Assembly: GCF_048593235.1 (NCBI RefSeq)
Contig: NC_133617.1
Location: 15,257,607-15,321,606 of the forward strand
Direction of reading: 5' to 3'
DNA from: Sminthopsis crassicaudata
Lineage: Eukaryota
DNA length: 64,000 nucleotides
A model generated the notes under the pieces. That model was given only the letters and a program-made list of their open reading frames with translations, did no database searches and was not told where the DNA came from. Below, piece after piece: positions 12,141-23,475 of the stretch (positions within the stretch are counted from its first letter, which is position 1; the number at the start of each line of letters is the position of its first letter). The position numbers were made by a program, and so were the translations under genes.

Positions 12141-12457
12141 TGAGTGTTTATTGTCTGACTGTAAGAGCTGTACAGGAGGACTCAAGTCCTGATTGCCCAG
12201 GCAGGTGTTTTTATAGCATATGACCTTCAGGGTTTTTAATGGACCCAAGGTGTGCTCTGACTTACAGGTGATCCACTTCTAATTCTTGTTATTGGGACTT
12301 CTGGCCCTTCACCTCATGTGCTTAAGGTTGTAGCTACTGATACTCCTCTGGTGATAAAGTCCTGGCTTTAAAGCTTAGGTGTGTCCTAAAGGTAACCATT
12401 ACACAGAATTTTAGTGGTGTTCAGAAAAATTCTAGAGGAGACCTCCCTTCTCATTTG

Positions 12458-12513
12458 TCTCTGTCTCTGTCTCTCTGTCTCTGTCTCTGTCTCTCTCTGT
12501 CTCTCTCTCTCTC
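12458..12513. repeat. (CTCTGT)n/(CT)n microsatellite
   Basis: Read directly from the sequence. Confidence 0.9.
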
Positions 12514-12594
12514 TTTTTTTGCGTCAGTGGCATGCCAGCCAACAATGGGATGATACTGCTTTTTGAAACGTTTTAGATGCTGAAAAATCAACTG

Positions 12595-12784
12595 CAGTGG
12601 TCCTCAAACTTTTTAACTAGGGGGCCAGTTCCCTGTCCCTCAGACTGTGGGAGGGCCGGACTATAGTAAAACAAAAGCTCACACTCTGTCTCCGCCCCTC
12701 AGCCCATTTGCCATAACCTGGCGGGCCGCATAAACGTCCTCAGTGGCTGCATGTGGCCTACAGGCTGTAGTTTGAGAACCCCTG
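12595..12784 (+). mobile_element. hAT MITE, OC1 (OposCharlie1)-like non-autonomous element, 190 bp
   Basis: TIRs CAGTGGTCCTCAAACT and AGTTTGAGAACCCCTG. Degenerate 8-bp TSD atcaactg/gtcaacag (6 of 8 match). A near-identical second copy lies at 62707-62879. Confidence 0.85.
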
Positions 12785-12819
12785 GTCAACAGCCTAATGT
12801 GGGGAAAGAGGAGATTGGA

Positions 12820-13019
12820 ATAGATACTTGTTTTCTTTATTCTGCTTTTTCCTTTCCACCTCCCTTACTATCTCTTCTTTCTGTCTCCTTCCCTCTATTT
12901 CCCCCCATATTTATCTCTTCCTTTTTTTCCTTTTGCTTGTTCCATTTCTCATCATCCTCTCCCTCCTCATCCTTCTTCCTCTTTCTTTCTCTTCTTTTTT
13001 CCTCTTGCTCTTCCTGTTT

Positions 13020-13080
<61 letters not shown>
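12820..13080. repeat. CT-rich low complexity ending in about (CT)28
   Basis: Read directly; the (CT)n run is at 13023-13079. Confidence 0.92.
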
Positions 13081-13083
<3 letters not shown>

Positions 13084-16000
13084 CCCCATATGTAATATAT
13101 TTTGTGTCCTTTCTTCCCCATCCCAGCACAGTAGAATCAGAGGTTTTTGTGGAGTCAGAACTTAATAAATATTTAATGGATTTATGTTTTGAAGTGCTGT
13201 TATGGTTAAAACAAATTCACTATTTGTAATATACCTGCTGATGAGCTTCTCTGATCTCATCTGAGATTAGTTATTAGATCAACAGTTGTCAATCAAAGGG
13301 TCTATAATTAAGAAAATGATTAATTAGGATCCTAGGATCTTAGATGCAGGACCACAAAGGACGTCCGAGTCCATCCGGTTCAGTCTTTTTGTTTTAGAGA
13401 AGGGTAAACTGATGCCCACTAAGTTGAGAGCTACCTGGGGGAGCATTGGATGAAGGGCTTTCCTGGGCCTTGCCCTCCATCCTTCCCCAGATGTTAAAGG
13501 TGATAGCTTTGAGGGAAGGAGCCCTTCCCCTAAACCCCCAAGTGGCCTTCTGCTCAGATCCACTGTGATTGTCTCTTCTTCATGGTTGTGGGCCCAAGCC
13601 CTCGGCTTCTTGGCTATGGGTAGACCTGGCCACTCACACTGGCAAGGAGTTACCAATTTCAATTCTTTAGATAAACTAGTAGCCATTTTTCTCTGGGTTC
13701 TCTGGTGCGCTAAGCAGCACTGGGTCTTATCTGCAGCTTTGCTCTGTTAAGACTAGAGGCCTTGCCATCTGCCCTGCTACTAAAGCTGAGGACTCTCGGT
13801 TGCTTTCTAAGTCCTGGAGTTTAGCCCTTTTCCAGTGTGAATGTGAGGTCTTTAAAAGCAAGGCCTCTTCTGCTTTTCTACACGTGTTCTCACCACTTAG
13901 CTCAGTGCTTGACATGTATAAATACTTAATAATTGATTTTTCATTGCCTGTGGGTGACACAGGTCACACATTCATGACTCAAGTCCTGCTTCTCTTACTG
14001 TTATCTAGTCTTCCAGTAAAGAAAAAAATTTTTTAAAGTTGTTCTGCTTCCTGAGGTAAAATCTTTCTTCTTCCCCAAACTGAGCTCTCCAGGGCAACCA
14101 TTCCTTTGTTTGGCCTGCTGGTTGGCAGGCTCCCTTGGCTGCCACCCTGGAGCCTTCATGGCCCACATCGGGTCTTCTCTAGACAGACATCCTAGCAATC
14201 CTAAATTGTTCTTTTCACATCTTACTTCTGGTGCTCCCATTGCTGTATGTACAGTGTACCACCATTCTCGATGCTGCTTTTCTAAGAAGCCTTTTGATCA
14301 AATTCTAGAGAAAAGAAGCCAGGATTGTAGCCCGGGTATCGACACTGCATCTAGTGCTGCTTTTTTTTTTTTTTTTAAAGCCATCAGTGAAACAAAGTAA
14401 AGCTCCACTTAACAAGAGTTACTTATTACAAATTTTCTGAATGGAAAGGGTTAGGGAAAATATCAAATACATTTCCAATTTTTTAAGACATCTTAGGAAA
14501 TAAGAGTTTGTGAATGATGATGTTTTTATGAGTAAAATAATATTTACTGATTGAAATTCCAATTTCTCTCCAGCTGCTACTCTTTCTTTCTACAGTCTAA
14601 AATAATAATGATTCTGGAGGAGTAAAACATATTTTTCACTGAAACAGAGAAAAATAATTTAGGAAAGGTCAGCTGTTAGTGAATAAGAAACTCGAGCCCA
14701 CCCAGCTGCCACCGTGATGGTTCAAACCATTTTGAATGGTGGGAACATATGGCAAAGAATGGCTGCACGGAGAGAGAAAAAAGGGCTGGACAAAAACCTC
14801 TTGAGTGATGGCATCATTAGCTTTTTATTTTCTTCAAGCAAATCCTTTGGGGAAACGATTCACTAACGAAGCCAGAAAGGCTGATAGATCTGAATGCGAG
14901 TCTTGATACAATATCGCTTGATTAGGTTCCTGGTCCACTCTCGCCACCTTTTAGACTGCTGGGTTCTGAAAAAGTTCTAGGAAAGCCAGAGTAGAAAAAA
15001 TACTTGGATAGATAATTCTTCTTCTCTTGAGATAGCTTAGTCTTTGACTTTTTGTGACTCAAGAACAGAGCAAAAAAAAAAAAAGATGAAAGAAGATAGA
15101 ATGTGTCTGTGAATTAAGCACGGACTCTGTGCCAGGCACTGTGCTAAATATGGGGAAAGGGCCTGAATCTGTTCTTCGTGGCTGGATGGGGATTTCAGAC
15201 ATCAAAGTTCCCTCCACCAATCAATGTACAGTGAAATGGACAGTCTGAGAGTTGCCTGGACCCCTGCGAGGGTCGGGGACGCTGACAGGCACACACCCCG
15301 GGGATGTGTCAGCGACAAATCTTGGGCCCAGCTCTTCCTGGCTCCCAGGCTGGCTCAGCGGCTTCTCCATGCTGACTCACCCATTGTGCTTAGTAAACAC
15401 TCCTGGAAGGGATGGGAGAAATGGAATGGAACAATTAGGAAGGATCTTAGGCTAAGTGCTTGCCCCAAGTTATGAACCCTCTGATCCCTGAATCGGGTGA
15501 TGGGAAAAACAGAACAAAACCTTGAATTAACTTTTTGCGATACTTGTAAAACTATGCAAGGCTATAGATTTGTCCCAGATAAATGATGTATCCATGAATC
15601 AAAGCTCGCTTTGATTATATTTGGATATAACTTAAACACAGCATGGAAGATTACTTGCTTATCTCAGCCATTCAAACATTTATTAAATGATGGTTACTGG
15701 GGCCAGTTTAACAAATATTTTTAAATTTAATTTTCATTTGCTGTAAAGCAAGTATTGATCTGCTTTGGTAGAGGAAGTCTTCTTACTGGGAATTCTCTAT
15801 AATAATGACTCATTAGTCCAGTCCAAAAAACATCAGAGTAGAAGATGTACTGGACCATTGGCTCTTTCCACAGTTCTGCTGTAGGCTACTTGTAGCTTCT
15901 TCTTTTAGGGAGGGCTCCTAAATACTACGGGGGAACTCCTGGTGTGAAAATTCCTTTTACAGCTCAAGCCCGCTGTCACTTATGGACTGCAGCAGTCTAA

Positions 16001-16924
16001 ATGGTTTGCCCAGTTTTGTGGCTTGTGGAGTCAATCAGGGTTGGAGCCCAGCTAGGCCTGATTCTAAGGACAGTCCCTTATTTACTGTAGCACTCCTGGT
16101 AGACATTAAAGCCCAGGAGAGTGACGTGATATCCCTATTTTAGAGAGTGGTTTAATTTTCAAATTTCATACTAGAGAGTTAGAAGCTCAGCTCTGCATAG
16201 ACTTTGAATTTTTTTGATTTAGACCTGTTCTCAGAGCATTAGGTATGTTACGTGACATTTTTCCTATCAAGATTATCTAGATTCTTTGATTGGCATCTCG
16301 GGAAAATGTTATTGATTCGTTATGATGATGAACCTAACCAGGTGTCGTGAACATTCAAGAATGTGATGTTGTTTACTTTGATTTTGCTTGGGAGTAGATG
16401 AAGCACCGTTTGTGAGAAATCTGGCAGCTCCTGGAGCTCCGGCTCCCCTCTTCCTCACCCCCCTCCCCCACCCCCACCTCCAAGGCCATCAGGATAGCAG
16501 AGATTACTTGAGACCTGAGACAAATGAAAGAATATGCAAATGGGATACCAATTTATGATTTGTATTAGTTTCTTAGGAGTTAAATTATATCCATTTGTAA
16601 CTGTAGACATCAATATTTAAGAAAATTAATTCAAAACCATACTGCCCACTAGGAGAAACTCTAGAATATCTGTGAAGTAATAATAATTCACATTTATGGA
16701 ACCCTTGAAAGTTTACAGAGTAGAACTGTTACTTATACAGGCACCAATGGAAAGACAGGAAGCAGACAAAATCTCTGAGACTATTTTGTGGGTTGATGTG
16801 ACCGTTAACACTTTAGAACTGCATAAGATCCGATGCCTTCGCTGCCAACCTTCCTCAGTCACTGGCAGAGAATGAGAGCAAAAAGAAGGGAGAAAAACCA
16901 GTCATCACTGGGATGTATTCAAGG

Positions 16925-17660
16925 CTCGGAGTGTGCGTGTGTGTGTGTAGATGTGTTATGAATATACACACACACCATATATATGATATATAGACATATA
17001 TGTATATGTGTGTATATATATCGTGTACATTTTATATATAACATCTGCCATATATAATATATAAACATGTATATGGTGTGTGTATATATATACACACACA
17101 CATATATACAGGATGTAGATATTATATGTAAATAGAATGCATGTCACATATAACTATGTAAATCATATATGTGTGTATGTATGCATATATTATATATGCC
17201 ATACATAATATGTAAACATACATATATGTTTGGGGTGTCTATATATTATATACAAATATATATAGCATTTGCCTTTTGGTAATATATAACCATGTATGCA
17301 TGTGTATGTATATGTGGGTGTGTATATATCACATATAATATATGCCATATGATATGTAAACATGTATGTATGTGTATATATGGGGGCATATATTATATAT
17401 AAAGAGATACAATATAGGACACATATAAACATATATATGTTTATATGTGTGGGTATATAGATCACACATGTTACATAAATACTGCATGTCATTTATACGA
17501 TGTAAACATGCCTACATGTACATGTATATATACACATAGTATGTATATGATATATTCAAATGTGTGTTACATATATAATATTTATATATGCATATATGCA
17601 TATGTATACTTGTGTGTGGGCACATAATATATGTATGGCATACATGTAATGTGTAAACAC
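16925..17660. repeat. Degenerate (TA/TG/CA)n alternating purine-pyrimidine tract
   Basis: About 700 bp of atatgtgtatatatacac-type sequence with a recurring gccata...taaacat...ggtgt motif. Confidence 0.9.
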
Positions 17661-17825
17661 TCATGTATGTGTCTGCACGTGTTGAGTACATTTTATTTAT
17701 TCTGTGCAGTGTATTAGGAGGCGACATGCATTCAGCCTTTGGAGTCAAGGACCCTGGGTTCAAATTCGGGTCCTCGCATTGGCAACCTATGTGACTTTGT
17801 GGGGGGGTCCCTTCTGGCACTGGTG
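17609..17825 (+). repeat. Inverted repeat, left arm (217 bp)
   Basis: Reverse complement of 19898-20114 with 4 mismatches (left-arm positions 17627, 17638, 17658, 17736) and no indels, compared by hand. Confidence 0.97.
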
Positions 17826-18349
17826 GTTGGACCTCCACTCCCCACCCCCCACATCTCTGCTCTAGGAATGATTTATGTGACACGGTAAGGAAATAAAAGC
17901 AAGGCTCCAAAGAACTCAGCTAAACTTTATTCATGGACCCAAGTTTGAAAACCTTTTAACCATTCCTGATCTAAAGCCTTCCAGCATGTAATCTACATCT
18001 TTCTGAATTTTCAGAGGATATTCTAAGTCTTTTCTCAGTGTTTTAAAATCATTAGTGTTAATGCCACATATTTAGAACTATTTCTCCTTTTTTAAAGACC
18101 TCAAATGGCTTTGTTAATTGATTGATTTTTGAAAAATATCTTGTTTCAGGCCTAGATGGCAGAGATCACTTCTTCAATGTACATGACTCTAGAATCTTGT
18201 AAACTCCCCCCTGCCAGTTCCCCTTCTGATATGATATTTCTCATGACTGAGGTAGGTTTGTTAGAGTTATGTCTAATATAATAGTAAACAGTAGGCTCAG
18301 GGTGAGAGCCTGAGAGGATCTTGTAGGAGTAAAGTCTACTTGTCTGGTC

Positions 18350-19065
18350 CCAACCTCTAACCTCATGTCTCTGGTTTGCTCTTAGGGCATTTCAGACTGG
18401 GTAGATATTTTACGCTCAATGTTTCCAAAACAGAATTCTTTGTTTTCCCAAACTCTCTGTTCTTCTGTACTTCCCTGTTTGTGCCTTCCAGTCACCTACT
18501 GCAGCTTCAGTGTCATCCTTGACTCTTTACTTTGTCATCCCTCCACTTCCAACAGGTCAAGGCTTTTATTTTGGTAGCATTTCTCCCGCTTTTCTTCTCT
18601 GACAGGGCTACCACCGAGTGCAGGCCCTTATTACACCACAGATAAAGTCTTGTTTGACATCCAAGTCTTGTTTGGCCCCTTCCTAACTTCCCTGTTTTCT
18701 TAAACCTTACCCACCCACTATACTCTGAGATGTAGTGACTCTGGTCTCTGCTGTTCCTTAATAAGATAATCAATCGCTCCAACTCCAGTCCCTCCTGCCT
18801 GGACGTGTCTTTCCTCATCTCTGAACCCTGCCATCACTGGCTTCCTCCAAGTCCCAAGTCTACAAGGAGCCCTGGTTGGTCCCCTTCATGCCATTAGGGC
18901 CTTTGCTGATTATCTCCGACCAGTTCTTGTCCGTAGCTTGTTTGTCCGTGGTTATTTGCAGTTTCCCTCATTGTACCCGGAGCTCCCTGAGGACAGGGAT
19001 GCTCTTTATTCCTCAGCATCCCCAGTGCTCAGCGCATAGCACACGCCCCAAGAGTGTGGCTGACT
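18350..19065 (+). mobile_element. L2 LINE 3' fragment (inside the inverted-repeat spacer)
   Basis: gctcaatgtttccaaaacagaattc...ttccagtcacc...tcatccttgactc...gagctccctgaggacaggg...cccagtgctcagcgcatagc. Confidence 0.7.
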
Positions 19066-19419
19066 GGTTCATTGAGAGGCATGGTCTTTGGTGGTGTCAG
19101 GGCCCCCTTTTTCATTCTTTCTGACTTAGTTTGTCCTCCATGTTAGAAGTTGTCATACCTTTTGATAATTGAAGATTGAGGTGGAGAGAGATACCTGTGT
19201 ATTTCAATCAGATTTTTAAAAATAAAACTACAGCTACATAATTAAATACACTTACTTCAACTTTGGTTATCCTAGTAGTACCTGCCATAGTCAGGACTAT
19301 TTTCAGAATTTAGGAAGTGGGGTTTTGAATTGAGGGGAAGATTTGACCACTGATCCATGACTCAATTAACTACTTTCACTGATGGCACGGATCTTACGAT
19401 GCTACTACTAATGACAATG

Positions 19420-19620
19420 ATGATAATAGCTAGGATTTATATAACTATTTAGGGTTTGCAAAAGACTGGATAGATTTCATTTCATTCATTGCTTATAAGG
19501 AGTCTGTGAGGTGGATACTATTATTATCCTCATCTTGCCTAACGTCAAGTGACTTGCCCAGGATCATACAGGCAGAGGCAGAATTTGAACTTGGGCCCAA
19601 CTGATTCCAGGGTCAACCTT
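19420..19620 (-). mobile_element. MIR fragment
   Basis: tactattattatcctcatctt...aagtgacttgcccaggatcataca...gaatttgaacttggg. Confidence 0.7.
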
Positions 19621-19897
19621 CCATCTCTTCTACCTCCTTGGCTGCTGCACCATGGATCGCTATGGCTCTTCCTATCCCTCATCTGGTAATGACAACTTTC
19701 TGGTGATAAGCCTATCTAAAAATCCAGCTCACCTATCTTTAAGGAGCAATTACAGTGCATTTCTCGGACCATATTCAGTCCTTCCAGTGCGGTACAATCC
19801 ATTCACAGGCGTCATTAAGAACTGGCTCCACACGGCATGTATGAGCAGGTGCTGGGATACACCTACCTCAAAAATGATCTTTTTATGGTGACAAATA

Positions 19898-20114
19898 CAC
19901 CAGTGCCAGAAGGGACCCCCCCACAAAGTCACATAGGTTGCCAATGCGAGGACCCGAATTTGAACCCAGGGTCCTTGACTCCAAAGCCTGAATGCATGTC
20001 GCCTCCTAATACACTGCACAGAATAAATAAAATGTACTCAACACGTGCAGACACATACATGAGTTTTTACACATTACATGTATGTCATACATATAATATG
20101 TGCCCACACACAAG
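19898..20114 (-). repeat. Inverted repeat, right arm (217 bp)
   Basis: See the left arm. The same peptide (PVPEGTPPQSHIGCQCEDPNLNPGSLTPK...) appears in ORF 17512..17910(-) and ORF 19837..20181(+). Confidence 0.97.
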
Positions 20115-21479
20115 CTGCTGGGAAGCTTGTATTTTATTTAGGGAACTAAGGAAAAGACAAAGGGACTTTGGGGGACACTAAGCTGGGGGAGCAGAAGAAG
20201 CTTTGTGAGGTAGGGAGCACTTGAGCTCAATCCTTGAGGGGGTTAAGGTTCTGAAAGTGGGGGACATCTGCCAGATGCGCCTCCACTTCCTCAAGGGCGC
20301 CGTTGCCTTGCGAGGAAGGGGATCAGAATGAGGCTTGATTGAAGAAGCTCACTTCCCATCCAGGCTTATTCCACTCAACAGGAGACGAGCAGCAAAGTCG
20401 GCTTTGCATTCTCATCACTGACTTATTTCTTAAACCAAAAGCCTTGAATAAGCATTTTCAGAAGTCAACATTGTGTTCCAGAGCTACCTTAAGTTTCTAG
20501 CGTTTTCAATCAAACTTTAACTCTAAAAGGCCTGCGTGTTTTTCAAGGACTGAAGATTTGTGCGTTCAGTTCATTCCAGCAAGCTTTTGTGTGTACCATG
20601 TGCCTGCTCCTGATGAAGGAGCTAATATGGCACAAACCACACAGCTAAGTGAAACACACGTGGGCATCTGCCTGTGTCTGTACATCTAGAGAGATAAGAG
20701 AGATACAAAGCTTTCCCAGAGAGCCGGGATTCTTTCTTTTTCTTTTTCTTTTTTTTTTTTTTTAGATTTGTGGAGCACATGCTCTGGGAAACTATCCCAA
20801 ACCCCCCTTGGAACCGGCAGGTCAGATGCCTTGTGGGTAGTTGGCTACTTCTCCCTTCTTGTAAGAGTTTTATCTTTAACCCCAAAAGGCTGGTGGTGTT
20901 TTTTTCATCCTACATCTCCGAATTTTTATGAGTATGCTTCCTTTCCTACCGATTATTAATGAATACTAATTCCCCAGCCAGACTTAGTGACATAAGTTAA
21001 TGGGTATTTACTAAAGAAGTGGTGGCTGAAGAGTGGGTACAGACCCGCTCCCTACCAAACTCTCGTACAAGTATATGTGGAGTCCAGGGGAAAATGGGTT
21101 CGAGCTGAGAGCCTGTGGCAAAGGGGGCAATTCCCAGCTCCTGGAAACGCTCCAGCTGGGAGAGCTGGAATTGCTGGAAGTCTTTCTTCTGCTTTTGCAG
21201 TCTTCCTGACATTACCCTTAGGGATGATTCTGCTTTCTGCCAGCCTCTGAGTGAAGTCCCGAGGCTGCCTTTGCTCTAGAGGTCTGGTTTACCTTCAGCT
21301 TCCATCCTGCTGAATGCTCTTGGGAAGTCCAGGATCTTCCAGCACTTTAAAAGAGAGAGACGCTTCTACTTCTTAATTCATACTGGCTGAATGGTTGGGG
21401 TGGGTTTCGGGATTGCAGCAATGATTCATGTAAGAGGTATGACTTGAGCCATGACTGCGGCCGGGGATTTCAGAGGCAG

Positions 21480-23110
21480 TCCATTCCAAACAGGGAGACA
21501 CTCTGCTAGGTCGGGAGACAGGACATTGGCTGGAACGCCAGTCTGGGAGGGGAAGTCATGAGAAATCCATCTAGAAAGACAGATTAGAGGCAAAGGGTGA
21601 AGGACTTTGGAGGACAAACAAAAGCACTTAGATTGCACTTATTCTAGGGCTGTAGGAAATCTTCCCATTGTTGCTTCTTGACCAGGGGGTGACATGTCTT
21701 TAGGAATTGAATTTGGCAGCTGGGTGGAAGATGGATTGGAGAGCCTGGAAGCTGGAAGCTGGTCAGCCAATTAATAGACTCTCTCAGCCCTCCATTCAAG
21801 AGGTGAGGAGGATGCGAACGAAGTCCCTGATTGTGTGAGGGAGAAACTTGTTCAGATGCAGAGACATGATGGAGGTAGAGTGGATGGGACATAACAATCA
21901 GATGTGAAAGCTGAGTCGGAGAGTAAGACCTGAGTGTAACCTGAGACCAAGGACTGGATGTAGGGTCATGGGTGAGTTTGAGGGGGCAGAGACCTCGATT
22001 TTGGACATGTTGAGCTTGGGATGCTTGTGGGCACCCAGGGGGCATGATTCACCAGGAAGTCAGTGATAAGAGATTGGTGTTGGTGGGGGGGGGAAGACAA
22101 GATTTATATTTGTGAGTCATCAGCATAAACATGATATGAAACCTAAGGGGATTGATGAGCTCACCGTGGTGAGAAGGGAAGAGGAGGTTCCAGAACAGAG
22201 TTGTGGATGACCTTGTTGAAAGGACACTGAGATGGGACGGTCAGATCGGACAGTGAGAAGATGGCAGGGGCATAAAATGGAGGAAGGAATATACAGCTGC
22301 AGAGAGTGGCCAGTTTGGTCAGACACAGGGAGAGGGCCAGAAGGACAGAGCTAAAGACACTGGAGTGAGTGCAGGAATCAAGAGGCCAGAAGTGACCTTG
22401 CAGGGAGCAGCTGCAAGCCAGTGTAGGATCAGGTCAGATCACAAGGGTTTGAGAAATCAAGAGAAAAGGAAGTGAAGGCTTCTTGTATGGACTTGTATGG
22501 ACTCCCCCTGGAGTCCAAGGGGGTTTATTTGAGGATTGGGGATTGAGATAGCATGAGATAAAGAAGGACTGTAGCCTGAGGAGAGGAAATGATTGACTTT
22601 GTAGGTGTTCAGCAGCATCCTACTCAGAGCTGAGCACTTAGATGGGTACGCCTTGTTCAGAGGCAGCTGGATGGCCCAGTGATCAGAGTGCTAGGCCTGG
22701 ACTCATAGAGACCTGAGTTCAAATCTCACTTGGGGCACTTCCTAGGTGGCAAAGGGAGAGTCTGGCGGTGGCTGAAGAGTCTTCCCTCTGGCCTTCTGGG
22801 TATATGAGAATAAGGATCAGAAAAGGTACCACCATTACTGAAAATGGCAATCAGGGATGCAGTAGCTCCTGGAAGGAGTCAGGTTTCTTTGATAGCAAAA
22901 AGGTGGAAGATCCATAAGAGGAAGAGACCTGGGTCAGAAGAGTCTTAACAGCCAAATGAAGGTGCTGGAAGGTATAATGGAGAGGGGGAACAGAATTGGA
23001 GGGGGCCGGTTGAGAAAAGGGGCGGGACAGAGCAGAGGGGGAGGAGCAGGAAAGAAAGGAAGCTTTTGCTGAGGCAAGAGTAAAAGAGGAGAAGGAAGGC
23101 ATTTGCTAAC
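21480..23110 (-). mobile_element. L2 LINE fragments (with a short MIR-like insert near 22650-22750)
   Basis: Purine-rich reverse L2: gacatgttgagcttgggatgcttgtgggcacccagg...gagtcatcagcata...ggtcagatcacaagggtttgag. Confidence 0.7.
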
Positions 23111-23325
23111 CATAGCGTGGTGACTTGTCACTCCCCTCACATAATACGGGGAGCCACGCCTCAGACTCCAGCAGAACACTGATTTTATTTTCTACCTTTG
23201 GGCAAAGACCTAGTGGGTAGGGGCTGGTCTAAGGAGCTCAGTCTGGGAAAGACCTTTCCTTATATCAGCAAAGATGATCTGCCAGTGTCAGAATTTGGTG
23301 AAATACTTTAGAAATGCTCTTTCCA

Positions 23326-23475
23326 GGGGGAGCTAGGTGGTGCAGTGGATAGAGCACCAGCCCTGAAGTCAGGAGGACCCGAGTTCAAATCTGGCCTCAG
23401 ACACTTAAGACTTCCTAGCTGTGTGACCCTGGGCAAGTCACTTAAGCCCAACTACCTCAGCAAAAAAAAAAAAAA
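23326..23475 (+). mobile_element. WSINE1-like SINE, young, perfect 17-bp TSD
   Basis: Intact body plus an A14 tail. TSD tagaaatgctctttcca at 23309-23325 and 23476-23492. Confidence 0.95.

Noticed and set aside
14268-14352. Possible miRNA hairpin (cttttct...agaa...tttgatcaaa...ttct...agaaaag)
   Set aside because: The stem is short and interrupted, and I do not recognise a miRNA seed.
16320-16405. Possible C/D snoRNA starting atgatga
   Set aside because: There is no terminal D box (CTGA) or terminal stem.
17512-20181. Near-identical ORFs on opposite strands read as a duplicated gene or a composite transposon
   Set aside because: The shared peptide comes from MIR and TA-tract DNA in the inverted repeat. 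There is no transposase, no TSD and no coding signature.
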